Below are positions 38,801 through 46,568 of a stretch of DNA of 64,000 bases, one piece after another (the stretch's first letter is position 1; every line of letters starts with the position of its first letter). The notes under the pieces were generated by a model. That model did no database searches and had not been told where the DNA came from. It saw only the letters and a program-made list of their open reading frames with translations. Both the position numbers and the translations under genes were made by a program. Source of the stretch: an uncultured virus (IMG/VR IMGVR_UViG_3300044701_002219) (Duplodnaviria; Heunggongvirae; Uroviricota; Caudoviricetes); IMG/VR virus record IMGVR_UViG_3300044701_002219. One strand, given 5' to 3'.

Positions 38801-40813
38801 TCCTGGAGCATTTATATCAGTGCCGGTTATAGATCTACTTCTTTGAGAAGGAGTAATATCGCTTAAAGGATACGGAGCATCTTGAATACCTAAAGTATTA
38901 AAGAATCTTTCGATATCAGCTTTAGCTTGTGTTTTGTTTGCAACATCTTGTTGTTTCTCTTCTGCAGTAAGAGTTGCCCCTTCTGCTGGAGAAGTATATA
39001 TAGTTCTACCAAAAATACTTACTTTATACTGTTGAGTTGTAGAATCAAATTTTATATCTAAAGACTGAGGCCTAGCCATAAAATAATTCTTGATGTAAGC
39101 TCTTCTTTCATCAAAGCTTAGAGGAACAAGTTCTGTCCCAGACTTTACTTTTATATCATCTAAGAATAAACTAGTAAGCTTTTCTACCAATCCTTCTACA
39201 CTGTTTACAGGATTTCTTTCTAGCTTTATAGATAAGTCTCCTGTTTCAGGAGTCTTAACATAAGTAAATCCTGCTAGTTGTTGGTTGGCTGGATTATCAA
39301 TAGTTGGAATATCTAGTATCAGAGTAACGCCTTCTCTATCATATGCTTCTTTTATTTTAGAAAAAGGAGTTTTTACATCATAGCTAAAAGCAGCATAGCC
39401 AAACGTACCTCCATCAATATTCATCCGGAAGGTTTTGTTTGGATCATTCTTTAAAGCTTGTCTTATTTCGTATATAGTTTGTAGCTCTTTTCTAATCTCA
39501 GATAGAGCTTGTTCTATAGAAATCTTTTTGTTACGAGAACGAGCAAGAGCTCTCTCGTATTCCATATCTCCTTGCTGTATAGGTTTTACTTTACCATTCT
39601 GCAACATGCTAGGATAAATATCTCTTAGCAAGTAATAAGCAGGCTTTCCGTTAGGATCATAAGCACCATCTTCGTTTAGAGGTATTATATTACCATCTAC
39701 ATCCGTAAGAACTAAGACAGGTTCATTAGAATCCCATATAGAAGGTTTAGTAAAAGTACCACCGTCTTTTTTTCTATATACTCGAGTTTCTCTAGATTCA
39801 CTTCTAATCTTATCTATAGAAAGTTTTGTAATAGGCATTGCTGTAAGCCTAACACCTCTTTTGTAGTAACCTTCGATATTTATATTAGAACCATCTTGAC
39901 TAGCCCCTGGAGCAAAAAGTTTACTAAGTATTAATCTTTTCATCTTAAAGTACCAAGCTACAACTGGATTAGGTACATTATAGTTAGGAGATGTTTTATC
40001 CACCCATTCTATAGCCTCTTGATCCTGATCAGCAAACACGCTAGGCTTTACTGCTTCAAACTCTTTACTAGATCTTTGATAAGAAAAATTTGTTGCGGGT
40101 GCCGGATCTGTAACTGTAATATCTTCTACATCTTCTAACCCATCTATGTTTTCTTTTTCTTTGTTGTAGTAATCAGCTATCTTCTGTTTAATTTCTTCGT
40201 AAGCATTCTCACCTTTAGTTTCGATATTAACCTTAGTCCCGTTCTTTTTATGAATCTGCGCTTTATATATTGATTGGTTTTCTGCTGTAGAAAAAGAATA
40301 CTCTATAGAGTCTAAACTCTTTTGTCTTCTCTCTTCTAACTCATCTTTAGGGTTTTCAGATTCTTCTTTACCTTCAGGTTTTTCCTGAGGAAATTCTTGA
40401 TCCATTTGATCTCCAGCTAGATTTTTATTTGCTTCTCTAATCTCAAGAGCTATATCTCCTTCAGATAAACCTAAATCTTTTTTTATTTCTGCTATGCCCG
40501 TATTAGGATCAGAGTATTTAATAATAGTTTCTTCTAACTGGTTAAAGTCTACTCCTTTCTCAACTAGTCTTTTTCTAATCTCTCTAGTAGGACTAGGATC
40601 AGCCGCTTTAATCTGATCTATAAATAAAGGAACTAATGCCGCATAAGCAAGAGCTAATTCCGCATCACCAGAGTTATCTAAAATAAAATCGTGTATAGAT
40701 TTAGTATAGTCTTTTACAGAAAAAGGTTCTGTACTCGCAAGAGCTGTAGATAAATCTTTTGAAACTTTTTTACGAAGACTTCGTTGTTGTTCGTTAGTAA
40801 GAGCACAAATCAT
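29861..40813 (-). CDS. Virion-packaged RNA polymerase (crAss/phi14:2 gp66 type) with zincin-like domain
   Basis: 3650 aa. Catalytic GGDFDIDKL (DFDID at 33299-33313), RIPVQG, DGQGW, STQMRK, VDVAKD; HEAWH...EEYLAE at 38057-38071. Confidence 0.9.
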   Translation of the reverse strand: MICALTNEQQRSLRKKVSKDLSTALASTEPFSVKDYTKSIHDFILDNSGDAELALAYAALVPLFIDQIKAADPSPTREIRKRLVEKGVDFNQLEETIIKYSDPNTGIAEIKKDLGLSEGDIALEIREANKNLAGDQMDQEFPQEKPEGKEESENPKDELEERRQKSLDSIEYSFSTAENQSIYKAQIHKKNGTKVNIETKGENAYEEIKQKIADYYNKEKENIDGLEDVEDITVTDPAPATNFSYQRSSKEFEAVKPSVFADQDQEAIEWVDKTSPNYNVPNPVVAWYFKMKRLILSKLFAPGASQDGSNINIEGYYKRGVRLTAMPITKLSIDKIRSESRETRVYRKKDGGTFTKPSIWDSNEPVLVLTDVDGNIIPLNEDGAYDPNGKPAYYLLRDIYPSMLQNGKVKPIQQGDMEYERALARSRNKKISIEQALSEIRKELQTIYEIRQALKNDPNKTFRMNIDGGTFGYAAFSYDVKTPFSKIKEAYDREGVTLILDIPTIDNPANQQLAGFTYVKTPETGDLSIKLERNPVNSVEGLVEKLTSLFLDDIKVKSGTELVPLSFDERRAYIKNYFMARPQSLDIKFDSTTQQYKVSIFGRTIYTSPAEGATLTAEEKQQDVANKTQAKADIERFFNTLGIQDAPYPLSDITPSQRSRSITGTDINAPGVRNNLQVGSIFIKEGTDQFYTVSYPKINIEASTLNLDFKDVSLSNQNGQIVLTTSLKSYNTFVAQNTFVNYPVNGQGKISNLNSYFTFTPLAEDLEQINPRRETKVENPVPAPTVAQSDNSETPVKKGIDSLFDDPDFNKNLDQKGAEKKATKEQVERAVTWYTGLSSKEFEEMQKLREEKKTSSARYKELKKKFDEKSHPLAKHIPIQVMFNLVNTKNVKAIANWNLQGITLFKGADYSDIYHEAWHGFTQAFLTKAEKEALYKEAAKMPGSFIDYKGNRVNFDKADEKQLEEYLAEDFRKWMVSGAKAEIAKPVKRSIFQKILDILKVLFSNATLNEVVASDKAISTIHEIYEKLRVGNINEYSFSESNVTFSGLDKGIQAIDPESVTKSLGYEDSKFLVDTVDSLLSKAVDKLNNAKGTYKWTSLLLKKPKGLMAAYEEVLQEIALIRNGLYKQYQQMDDGPVKDSVQKEINRLDWAIENFGDIQNFVNNRPAKGDYPKGLIGYHMLKSQIVDASVKEDFFEGDLFTEEELTANKGREGHGKAGNEISQLDLASAEIIFVLRSLHKLDERGNMDYVPGTLTTVERDGVKSVSGIPQLENFDKVWNVLSKLLQGTLDAETMYNKMIAFGDTHPQFPMKQLLAKLGPVNTRGTDEFKLWTEFFQTFNKSNIPLLQTTVEIVTKNSNKTALTFENWKFEVRPGEAGAPHNKVATAWDTEFANKTTAFIKPDAFGIRTLDINAVINAFSKPGTANHIIPEFKPGMELDFLRAIGYNLDADNEDIEEPIRSGKINISRFWNVLTQIRRRNADGSIEPIKITSIKDIKKGYGPIYKDGTDQIKYAAIPDEGSTYNQILKLQARYSETMGNFMSTNAEGNTQYEQSLNNSLSVMINAINECKTYQELISLPWMNYLDIRRNPFAKASIWLNSIFDMREKDENGMPNTNFGNKRYTKGLPVKINLQNLSGVAMQLDGDYDYDRGTSSASADAATKLIMDFHQVLLKGAPELMRHADKGTSFSAYLSEIYGAGEKGSTTYVDTVSFLQNDKPGMSKGDRKLIDNILLPHLNAELSRIRTMRSFAKAIEQDPKTVTNQDFNYIKKGQAFVQFSDVLMPKTKLRLLREVKGDLMEFFKTETAEANSLRELVEKDIVDYFNKETKRVSDTFFKIKSRNGQPIISDNLYEKLEGDARNKNINLKIKKATTAEQKQEGMTMAKDALMRSFVVNSWVHNVESLSMIYGDLAQYNMAKEEFHKRNAGVGSTGTLFRTDRAALDFVNNVLGRGYYQKHKESKFSNTTLEPFTGRLNTAILKDNEIPSAYSEQIIKDLIKAETEANGNDREKAERKILGYDSKTQTKGTIKEPLKGSPAKAYTEMNEGDGQGWITFDSYRILLNLEGQWSNEQEALYQKIVNEEPVSAADVAQTFPPQKLQYFGTLDTKGLPITAFHKFSLMPLIPSVITDKNLLELHDKMVSENIDYATFNSGSKVGNITKYGEYDKLYQSDNDRKISKEPFTKNTIFVNYLKNQLYIAPKYKNKVIFSTQMRKLIEEGLVEGGVPTDFRMDLSLDERVAAWEAASPEEKNRSKKYRLYKEYEKNIRALTEYKMQELLDEMNWKMVNGEPEGNLKDLLEFVRKEMTRQDMADHEIDFIDLGYGGKTMKHDLSLSLSAEKIEKVLNAIVTRRLIKQKVNGESLVQVSNAVFENKNSTGRSYTNPTKEDLEKYGTNDLPFYRREEGKDTKAMKVKIALQGKFKLLLQLKDKEGRTIGTREKLNELLRDEEWLNIADNRRMITMVGCRIPVQGMNSMEFMEVYEFLPEEAGAIIVTPSEIVAKSGGDFDIDKLTVMMPNISRIPKLGVTISKQLSKKEKKDLYDLYKKAVTDEEFLKDVGEFRKTKSVKAAAANEILNSLFSSSLYRIFGEEAFNMDDEFVSLLMEEGKLMSEEEFDKKYFGSKALENDLIWNMKNILSLSSNYTSLVTPNGTDLVKPIADELADDVVEYDPKARLSTDSDLSKEERAELGEDLKSISGTRILEIGYNLYKHQSNSIGKDVLGLLAVGNTYNTIFNRIGAYLNPEANLSINKGRDTLTVRQTLLMPHNIRTINGKSAISISNIYNTENQKISDILSQLINGSVDVAKDTWLFNIQGNKEVAPVLEFMIESGVPLKTAIYFASLPIIREYVEAQRDAKSSFGIMTGKEASSPMFFRNEARKRILQKISIRGEYETGIDINSEDIEKNNKPAFFRAAKEATTKAFADNGGYVNQDKLLEIIQRASGKVTTPLSEEESNKNTLYEDAVFMHFLEIEDMAKATRDFKMRTNFDTGKSTSIFDALNKTALLEEMRSSNRLPEFMVDKLLNESPIGSFYIQKFQVKVWDKLFPLRNNDKLNDWLLSAIKDKSFLENVENTFGDTERFSSTLRNDLVSFIFQNALKSFNIDDVKYYKGIPAETGEASQLAIKQDVGFLKVGVFFKDGKMFVDKNTLRRHYKDKVYSKDNYWNEGGLAIVKDGTFESFDEFSHFIVEREYLRSLYKNVSNLSGRPDFEWKKHDLIKETPLNTDETQEDYLKRMDRMAFEEFIKDRALENIFNKTKMFIGEDTVADKLAKIKQLYPKLLDKYSVLEKLAPHSMNDTSGTYSNIKILDPLKDPDLINLYYENMVELMDPTVLKVPNAKANQMISEFFANLPIVGFLQSGLNTSSMFSINRILPQDSIIRIMEGPVKEFIENMNPLALNLYYEKFLKVNDVKNSKLRLRTKDYYIPGFNVKVSKYLANKGAKEYNPNPYGSKIIENAMDLVTQSEGTAAKFSAADLTKERVEALTSNDNFTFVFNDAFESRAVANTALDRMFKEYGNAANTLGIPSYRQYNINAQSAIKDEDLDSPDPAKNMRSKIDEAIRRMKEQVDMGKTLVFSSLGYGQEWNKTYFPEPYVKALPENAKIGAPQTFLYLSEQLYRNFGYVNPGYQMKPEGRVVIQEAQEITDDQVREYMSYCYR

Positions 40814-40817
40814 AATA

Positions 40818-43800
40818 TTATCTTTTACAGCCTAAACTATTTATTAATTCATCATCTACTTCTTCCTGAGTCATATTCTGAGCAGAGGCAATATCTTCTC
40901 TAACACTGTCTGTACTGTTTAACTCTTGGGCAGTAGCAACATTTTCATTAGAAGTTTCTTGCACTTGCTGTTCTACTTCCGGATCTGTTTTTGTAAGTGT
41001 TTCCACGAATGGTTGATCTTTATAAAGGACTTTGTTTTTAAACTCTGATTTCTTGATGTCAAAAGTAGAACTATCTGGCGATTCTCCATACTTTCTAACC
41101 ACTAATTTATTATCAGTTTTTTCTACAACTACAACTATTCCACCAGACTTAAGTTTCAAAGCTTCGTTTACTCTAACATCATCAAAGTCTACTTCTAGAG
41201 CAAGCTGTGCAAGTCTTGTTTCTACAGCTCTATCTAGTCTATCGCTATCCACGTTAAGAGGATCTGCGCTTATAGCCTCATTTACAATAGCTTCGATCTC
41301 AGACTTAAAGCCAGCTCTGGCAATCATTTCTTCTACCTCAACCATTCTAGCTTCTTTAGATTGAGCTTCTCTAAGCTTAGCTTGTTCTGCTTCTCTCTGA
41401 GCTTCTTGATCTCTTCTAGACTTAATGATGTTACCGTCTATTAATCTCTGAGCTTCTTCAGAACTCATGTTATTAAGTTCTACCCAGTCTGTATAACCAA
41501 GATCTCTACTTAGGATACGTTTCTGAGCATTAGAAGCTTTAGGACCTGTACCAGTTCTAGAAGGAGCTTGCGTTTCTTTTGAAGAAGCTGGAGGATACTT
41601 TGCAGTAAGTTCTGCTACATCTTCTTTAGAAGATGCTTGACGAACAACATCTCTTTCTTCAGCAGTCATAGCTTTAAGTTGTTCAGCAGTAAATCCTAAA
41701 CGCTGACCTTTTGCTATAAGAGCTGCGGACGGAGCTGTTTCTATTTGAGGTCTTTTTGTAGACGCATCTTCTAAAGCAGCTAGTTCTGCGTCATACTTAG
41801 CATTAATTTTGTTAGTAACATCTTCTACAGAAGAACCTGTTATTCTTTCGGTTATTGGTGCACCATTAGAGTCAACCTTTCCGGAAACATATAATCCACC
41901 AATGTTTTTATCTACGCCTTCTGTAATACCTAATTCATTAATGCTATAATTTTTTCTTGTTTCTATATCAGTAATAGCTTTAAACAAAGCTGGATACTTT
42001 GTAACAACACTTCCTGCTACAGTAGGCTCTTTAGGATTTTCTAAAAAGAACTTAGCAAGCCTTTTTAACTCAGTAAACTCTGAAGCTGTGATAGCAGCTT
42101 TTTCTTTTTCTATCTCAGTTCTAGTATCTGTAGAAACAGGAGGTTGTTTAGCTGTAACTGAAGGTCTGGTAGCTTTAGTACGCTGCACCTTATCGTTATG
42201 ATCTGCAATGATTTTAGATGCAGAAGTAAGTCCTAGATTTAAGAAGTCTCTAAAGTACTTGCTACGCTTGATCTCATCATCTGTTTTTTCTAAAGCAAAC
42301 TCATCCGGCCATTCTGAAGCAGATGTTCTATCTGGACCTATCTGTGTCTTTACAAATTCTTTGTAAGCATTGATAAGACCTGGAAGAAGTCCTGCTTGTT
42401 CAAACTCATCTATACTAGATCCTAGGTTTAGAACCTGTCCTGTACCAGCAACTGTTTGAGTAGTTGTGGTTTGCGGTTCTATTCCAAGCTGAGTCTTATC
42501 TATAAAGGTTGTAGCAATATATAAGGCTTCATCTAGTAAAGAACTATCTTTTGATACACCAAGAAAACGCTGTAAGAATCTTCTAAGAGCATCTTTAAAC
42601 TCTGTCCATAAAGACTTGCCGGTTCCTTTTACCTTAATGGTATCTAACCACATGGCAAATCTATCATTGGTAAATAACTCACTAAGAAACTCTTGTTCGT
42701 TCTTTAATCCATAGAAAGGTTTTTTTGTACCGTCTTTATAAAGAGTCTGATCTGTAGGAGGATTATTCTCAAACTCATCACGAGCTATCTGCAATAACTT
42801 AGTTATCTCTGCTTTAAAAGCAGCATCCTTACTCATCTCGAAAGAAGTAAGCTCGTGGATAAGTTCATGAAGAACTACATATTCAAATGCTGTTGTTCCA
42901 CCACCTCTATAGTCACGAGACATATATCTAGGATCTATAGAAACTCCTATTTTAGCTTCGTCAGAATACTCAAATACTCCTGGAGTAGGAAGCTTCTTAA
43001 AGGTGATTTCGCTTTCTTCTTTAACTAATCCTAATAATCTTCTAGCTAAAGCTTTCTCTCTATAGGTAGCAAAAGGACTATCTATAATCTTTTTTAAAAC
43101 ATCTTTGGTTTTTACTTTACTAGCAGAATCTAAATTTACATCGAAGCCAAACTCCTTAGCAAAATCTTTTAAAGTTCTTGTATCATTATTAATCTTATTT
43201 CTACGAGCCGTAGCGTAAAGCATAGCCGTTGTATAGTCTGCTTCTTCTATAGGCTTTTCCTCAAACTCCATATTTCTGGCTTGCTCATATTTTTCTATGA
43301 GATCCATGATTTGTTTATACTTCTCAGAGTTCTCGGGTATTCTTTCTTTTTTAGATATAGAATAAAAATCTGATGGTACTCTCTTTTCGATAACAGCATC
43401 CATACCAGCTTCATCTAAAAAGACGTCCATCTTATAAAGCTCTACAAATAAATCGTTTACATTAAGATTATCAACAAACTTAGTATAAGCTTTTTCTAAG
43501 TTTTCTTTATTCTGTTTCTTAGCTTCTTTTTCTAGATCGGCATATCTCTTAGCATAAGCTAACATTCCTTTTGGATTATGTAGCATATCCACAGCCAAGG
43601 CCATATCTTTAGCATCATGTTTAAGATCCTGATAATCCATCATATCATTAAAAGAATCTTCTATAGATTGCTCAGATATATTAATACCCATTTGCTTAGC
43701 CCTAAGTTTTAAGATGTTAGAGTAAGCTTCTCTAACCATCTGCTCTGCGTTACCTAATACAGATACTTCTTCAGGAGCTACTTCACCTGAAACTATTTCT

Positions 43801-46568
43801 AAATTTTTTAGGTTACCTATCTTTTCTCCTTTGCTGTTATAAGCATTAAATTTTGAAATATAGTCTACAGTATGCTCCTTACCGTTTTTATCTTTTACAA
43901 CAGTACCTTTTTGTATAGAGGCTTGTCTTTCAGACTCTGCTACTTTTTCTTTTTGTATACCAGCTTCTTTGTAGCTATTGACTTGTTTAGCAGCGGCATA
44001 GGCATCTAGAGTAGTTTTGTAATCTTTTAAAAAGTTAAGGTACTCTTCTTTTTCTTCGCCTTGTTTTTTAGTCTTCGCATCCCCAGACTCTTTATAAGTT
44101 TTAACTTCGTTTTCTAAAAGATCTATTTCCCTTTCTACTTTATCAGATTCTAAGAGCATCGTAAACTGTGACTGAGCACTTTCTCCGTAAGCACTGTCTT
44201 TACCAAACCGTTCTGATATAGACTTCATTCTTTCTACAGCTCTTTGGAAACCGTATTTAGAATAGGCTGCAGCTTTCTTTGCTTTTTCCCAAGAGTTATA
44301 AGAAGCTACTTCCCAAGCATGTTCTTCAGGATTCTTTTTAGGATCATAGAATCCTGGATTAAATGGATTACCAAATCTATTTTCTATATCTTGAACATTG
44401 TCTTCTATAAGCTTTAACTTACGAGACATGCCGTTAAGTTTATCTTGATAATAAGTTTCAGACTTTTCTCCAGGAGGAACCGGACCAAAGGCTTCTTGTA
44501 AAGCATTTTGATCCAACCTTTTAAAATCATCAATCATATCTTTTAACAAAGGAAGTTTTCCTGTAGTCATTAGAGTATGAATATGATTGTAGGTGCTTTC
44601 ATCTGTTATATCATAGAAAGCTTTTTTGTTATTTGTAGATCTAGCTTTATCTGCTTCTACTTGGTTATTTAACTGTACACCGGCATTCTCAGTAATACTA
44701 TCCCAAAAGTTCTCGTTCATAGTAGCCTCATTTAAAGCCTCTACTACTTTTTGAGTTCTTATCTTTTCTTCATCTCTAGCTTTTTGATATTCTTCAGCTC
44801 TAAATATTTGATTAAACTTTTTTGGAGCTATTTCAAAAGCAAGCTTCTGAGGAAACTGCACCATAGATCCCATAAAAAATCCGGATCCAAATGTAGACCA
44901 GCCCTCAGTAGTAGTTACAGTTTTTCCTATATTATCTGCAAATGCTCCTAAGAAAGATCTAGAACCTATTACATTAGGATTATAGAAATTACTAGTATAG
45001 TAATCCTTCATAGTATTGGATACAGCATCTTGATACATCTCTTGCAAACCTTCTGTAAGATTTGCATTAGTATAAGTTGCAAACTTTCCTACTAGGTTCT
45101 TATATAAGTTTCTTGGAGCAAAAGTAGTTCTAAAGTTTTTTACAGCTTTTAGTTTATCCATAAAGCTTTCTTCTACTACACTCCAAGCTTTTCCTCCAGC
45201 TTTTTTCCAAGCTTCGTTATAAGTAAGTTTACCAGCAAGACCTTTCTCTAGTTCTTCTCTAAAAGCTGCAGCAGGTCCGAAACCTCTTAGTGCTTTATCA
45301 AATACTATTTTATTAGATAAAAATAAAACAGGTATGTTAAATAAATAAGTTTGCCTACCGGCATCAGCCGCTTGCCTATAAATTTCTTGAAGAGCTTTTT
45401 CATCAGGTTGTTTTCCTCCATTAGCATTTATATACTGATCAATAAGCTTATCTCTAACATCAAGTTCTGTAGAACCTCCTTCTACTTTAGCTTCTGACAT
45501 TACTCCAGAATATAAACGAGCATCTCTGTAGAAAGCTCCAAAGCCCTTAGAGGCTTTAGCCATGTCTACCATAAGCTGACCTTGTCTAACTCCGATACCA
45601 CTTTTATACATATCGGCCATCCAATCTATAGATTCTGGCATAGCTTGCTTACCTACCCATTTTGCTCCAGTCTTTGCGTAATCATAAAAATTAGAAAGCT
45701 TCATACCTCCTTTTAACCAAGAAGCTGTGTTGCTTAAATATTTATATGTATCTTTTATCTTATCGTATTTAGTATACCCTCTTAAGGAAGAAACTAGCTT
45801 TCCTAAATTCTGAAGGGTTCCTCCGATGGCTTCTCCTAATACAAGTGGACCTGAACCTTTTCCTAAAGCTTTATTTGCTTTAGATCCTACAAACATAGAT
45901 ATTTCTTCTGCTGCAAATTCTCCTAACATACCCATGGTATATCCAGAATCTAGAGTCATATTGTTTATCCAAGATCCAGCACCTCCTCTATTATCATGAC
46001 CGATAGCGTGAGCTCTTTGCATTTCTACAGCAGCTTCCATATCAGACTGTTTACCATCCCAAGCATTCCAAGGAAGCGCTTCGTTAAAGGAGCTTTTAGC
46101 TAAATCAAAAGATGCGCCCGCACTACGCTTATAATAATCCCACCAGCTAGATTCTTTATCATAAATAGCCTCGTTATTTCTATAAGGACTAAAACCATGC
46201 TTTTTAAAAGTACTGGATACTCTAGCATATCTTGCAAAGTTTGCTCCATCATAGTCTGCATTGTAAGCACTTACCTTACCATAGTGGTAAGGATTTTTTG
46301 CAAAATTTTGCGGATTGCTTAATTTTTCTTTTAGAGCATCGGCATAGGCATTTGCTTGCGTTACCGAAGCAGATGTTGGAGTAATATCTTTTTGAGTAGG
46401 TACAAAAGTTGGAGATGACACTCCTGCAGGATAACTCCTAGGAGGAGGTGGCATTTCTATTTTAACTTCTCTTAAACTTCCTGGATCTATAACCCCACCT
46501 GTAAGAGAAACGTCTGGAGCTAATTTTGAAGGATCTATTTGCGGTTCTTCCATTTTATTTTTTACCAA
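40818..46568 (-). CDS. Giant virion ejection/cargo protein with zincin-like domain
   Basis: 1916 aa. EGLQEMYQ motif; LHELIH...EFLSE at 42855-42869; immediately upstream of the vRNAP. Confidence 0.8.
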   Translation of the reverse strand: MVKNKMEEPQIDPSKLAPDVSLTGGVIDPGSLREVKIEMPPPPRSYPAGVSSPTFVPTQKDITPTSASVTQANAYADALKEKLSNPQNFAKNPYHYGKVSAYNADYDGANFARYARVSSTFKKHGFSPYRNNEAIYDKESSWWDYYKRSAGASFDLAKSSFNEALPWNAWDGKQSDMEAAVEMQRAHAIGHDNRGGAGSWINNMTLDSGYTMGMLGEFAAEEISMFVGSKANKALGKGSGPLVLGEAIGGTLQNLGKLVSSLRGYTKYDKIKDTYKYLSNTASWLKGGMKLSNFYDYAKTGAKWVGKQAMPESIDWMADMYKSGIGVRQGQLMVDMAKASKGFGAFYRDARLYSGVMSEAKVEGGSTELDVRDKLIDQYINANGGKQPDEKALQEIYRQAADAGRQTYLFNIPVLFLSNKIVFDKALRGFGPAAAFREELEKGLAGKLTYNEAWKKAGGKAWSVVEESFMDKLKAVKNFRTTFAPRNLYKNLVGKFATYTNANLTEGLQEMYQDAVSNTMKDYYTSNFYNPNVIGSRSFLGAFADNIGKTVTTTEGWSTFGSGFFMGSMVQFPQKLAFEIAPKKFNQIFRAEEYQKARDEEKIRTQKVVEALNEATMNENFWDSITENAGVQLNNQVEADKARSTNNKKAFYDITDESTYNHIHTLMTTGKLPLLKDMIDDFKRLDQNALQEAFGPVPPGEKSETYYQDKLNGMSRKLKLIEDNVQDIENRFGNPFNPGFYDPKKNPEEHAWEVASYNSWEKAKKAAAYSKYGFQRAVERMKSISERFGKDSAYGESAQSQFTMLLESDKVEREIDLLENEVKTYKESGDAKTKKQGEEKEEYLNFLKDYKTTLDAYAAAKQVNSYKEAGIQKEKVAESERQASIQKGTVVKDKNGKEHTVDYISKFNAYNSKGEKIGNLKNLEIVSGEVAPEEVSVLGNAEQMVREAYSNILKLRAKQMGINISEQSIEDSFNDMMDYQDLKHDAKDMALAVDMLHNPKGMLAYAKRYADLEKEAKKQNKENLEKAYTKFVDNLNVNDLFVELYKMDVFLDEAGMDAVIEKRVPSDFYSISKKERIPENSEKYKQIMDLIEKYEQARNMEFEEKPIEEADYTTAMLYATARRNKINNDTRTLKDFAKEFGFDVNLDSASKVKTKDVLKKIIDSPFATYREKALARRLLGLVKEESEITFKKLPTPGVFEYSDEAKIGVSIDPRYMSRDYRGGGTTAFEYVVLHELIHELTSFEMSKDAAFKAEITKLLQIARDEFENNPPTDQTLYKDGTKKPFYGLKNEQEFLSELFTNDRFAMWLDTIKVKGTGKSLWTEFKDALRRFLQRFLGVSKDSSLLDEALYIATTFIDKTQLGIEPQTTTTQTVAGTGQVLNLGSSIDEFEQAGLLPGLINAYKEFVKTQIGPDRTSASEWPDEFALEKTDDEIKRSKYFRDFLNLGLTSASKIIADHNDKVQRTKATRPSVTAKQPPVSTDTRTEIEKEKAAITASEFTELKRLAKFFLENPKEPTVAGSVVTKYPALFKAITDIETRKNYSINELGITEGVDKNIGGLYVSGKVDSNGAPITERITGSSVEDVTNKINAKYDAELAALEDASTKRPQIETAPSAALIAKGQRLGFTAEQLKAMTAEERDVVRQASSKEDVAELTAKYPPASSKETQAPSRTGTGPKASNAQKRILSRDLGYTDWVELNNMSSEEAQRLIDGNIIKSRRDQEAQREAEQAKLREAQSKEARMVEVEEMIARAGFKSEIEAIVNEAISADPLNVDSDRLDRAVETRLAQLALEVDFDDVRVNEALKLKSGGIVVVVEKTDNKLVVRKYGESPDSSTFDIKKSEFKNKVLYKDQPFVETLTKTDPEVEQQVQETSNENVATAQELNSTDSVREDIASAQNMTQEEVDDELINSLGCKR

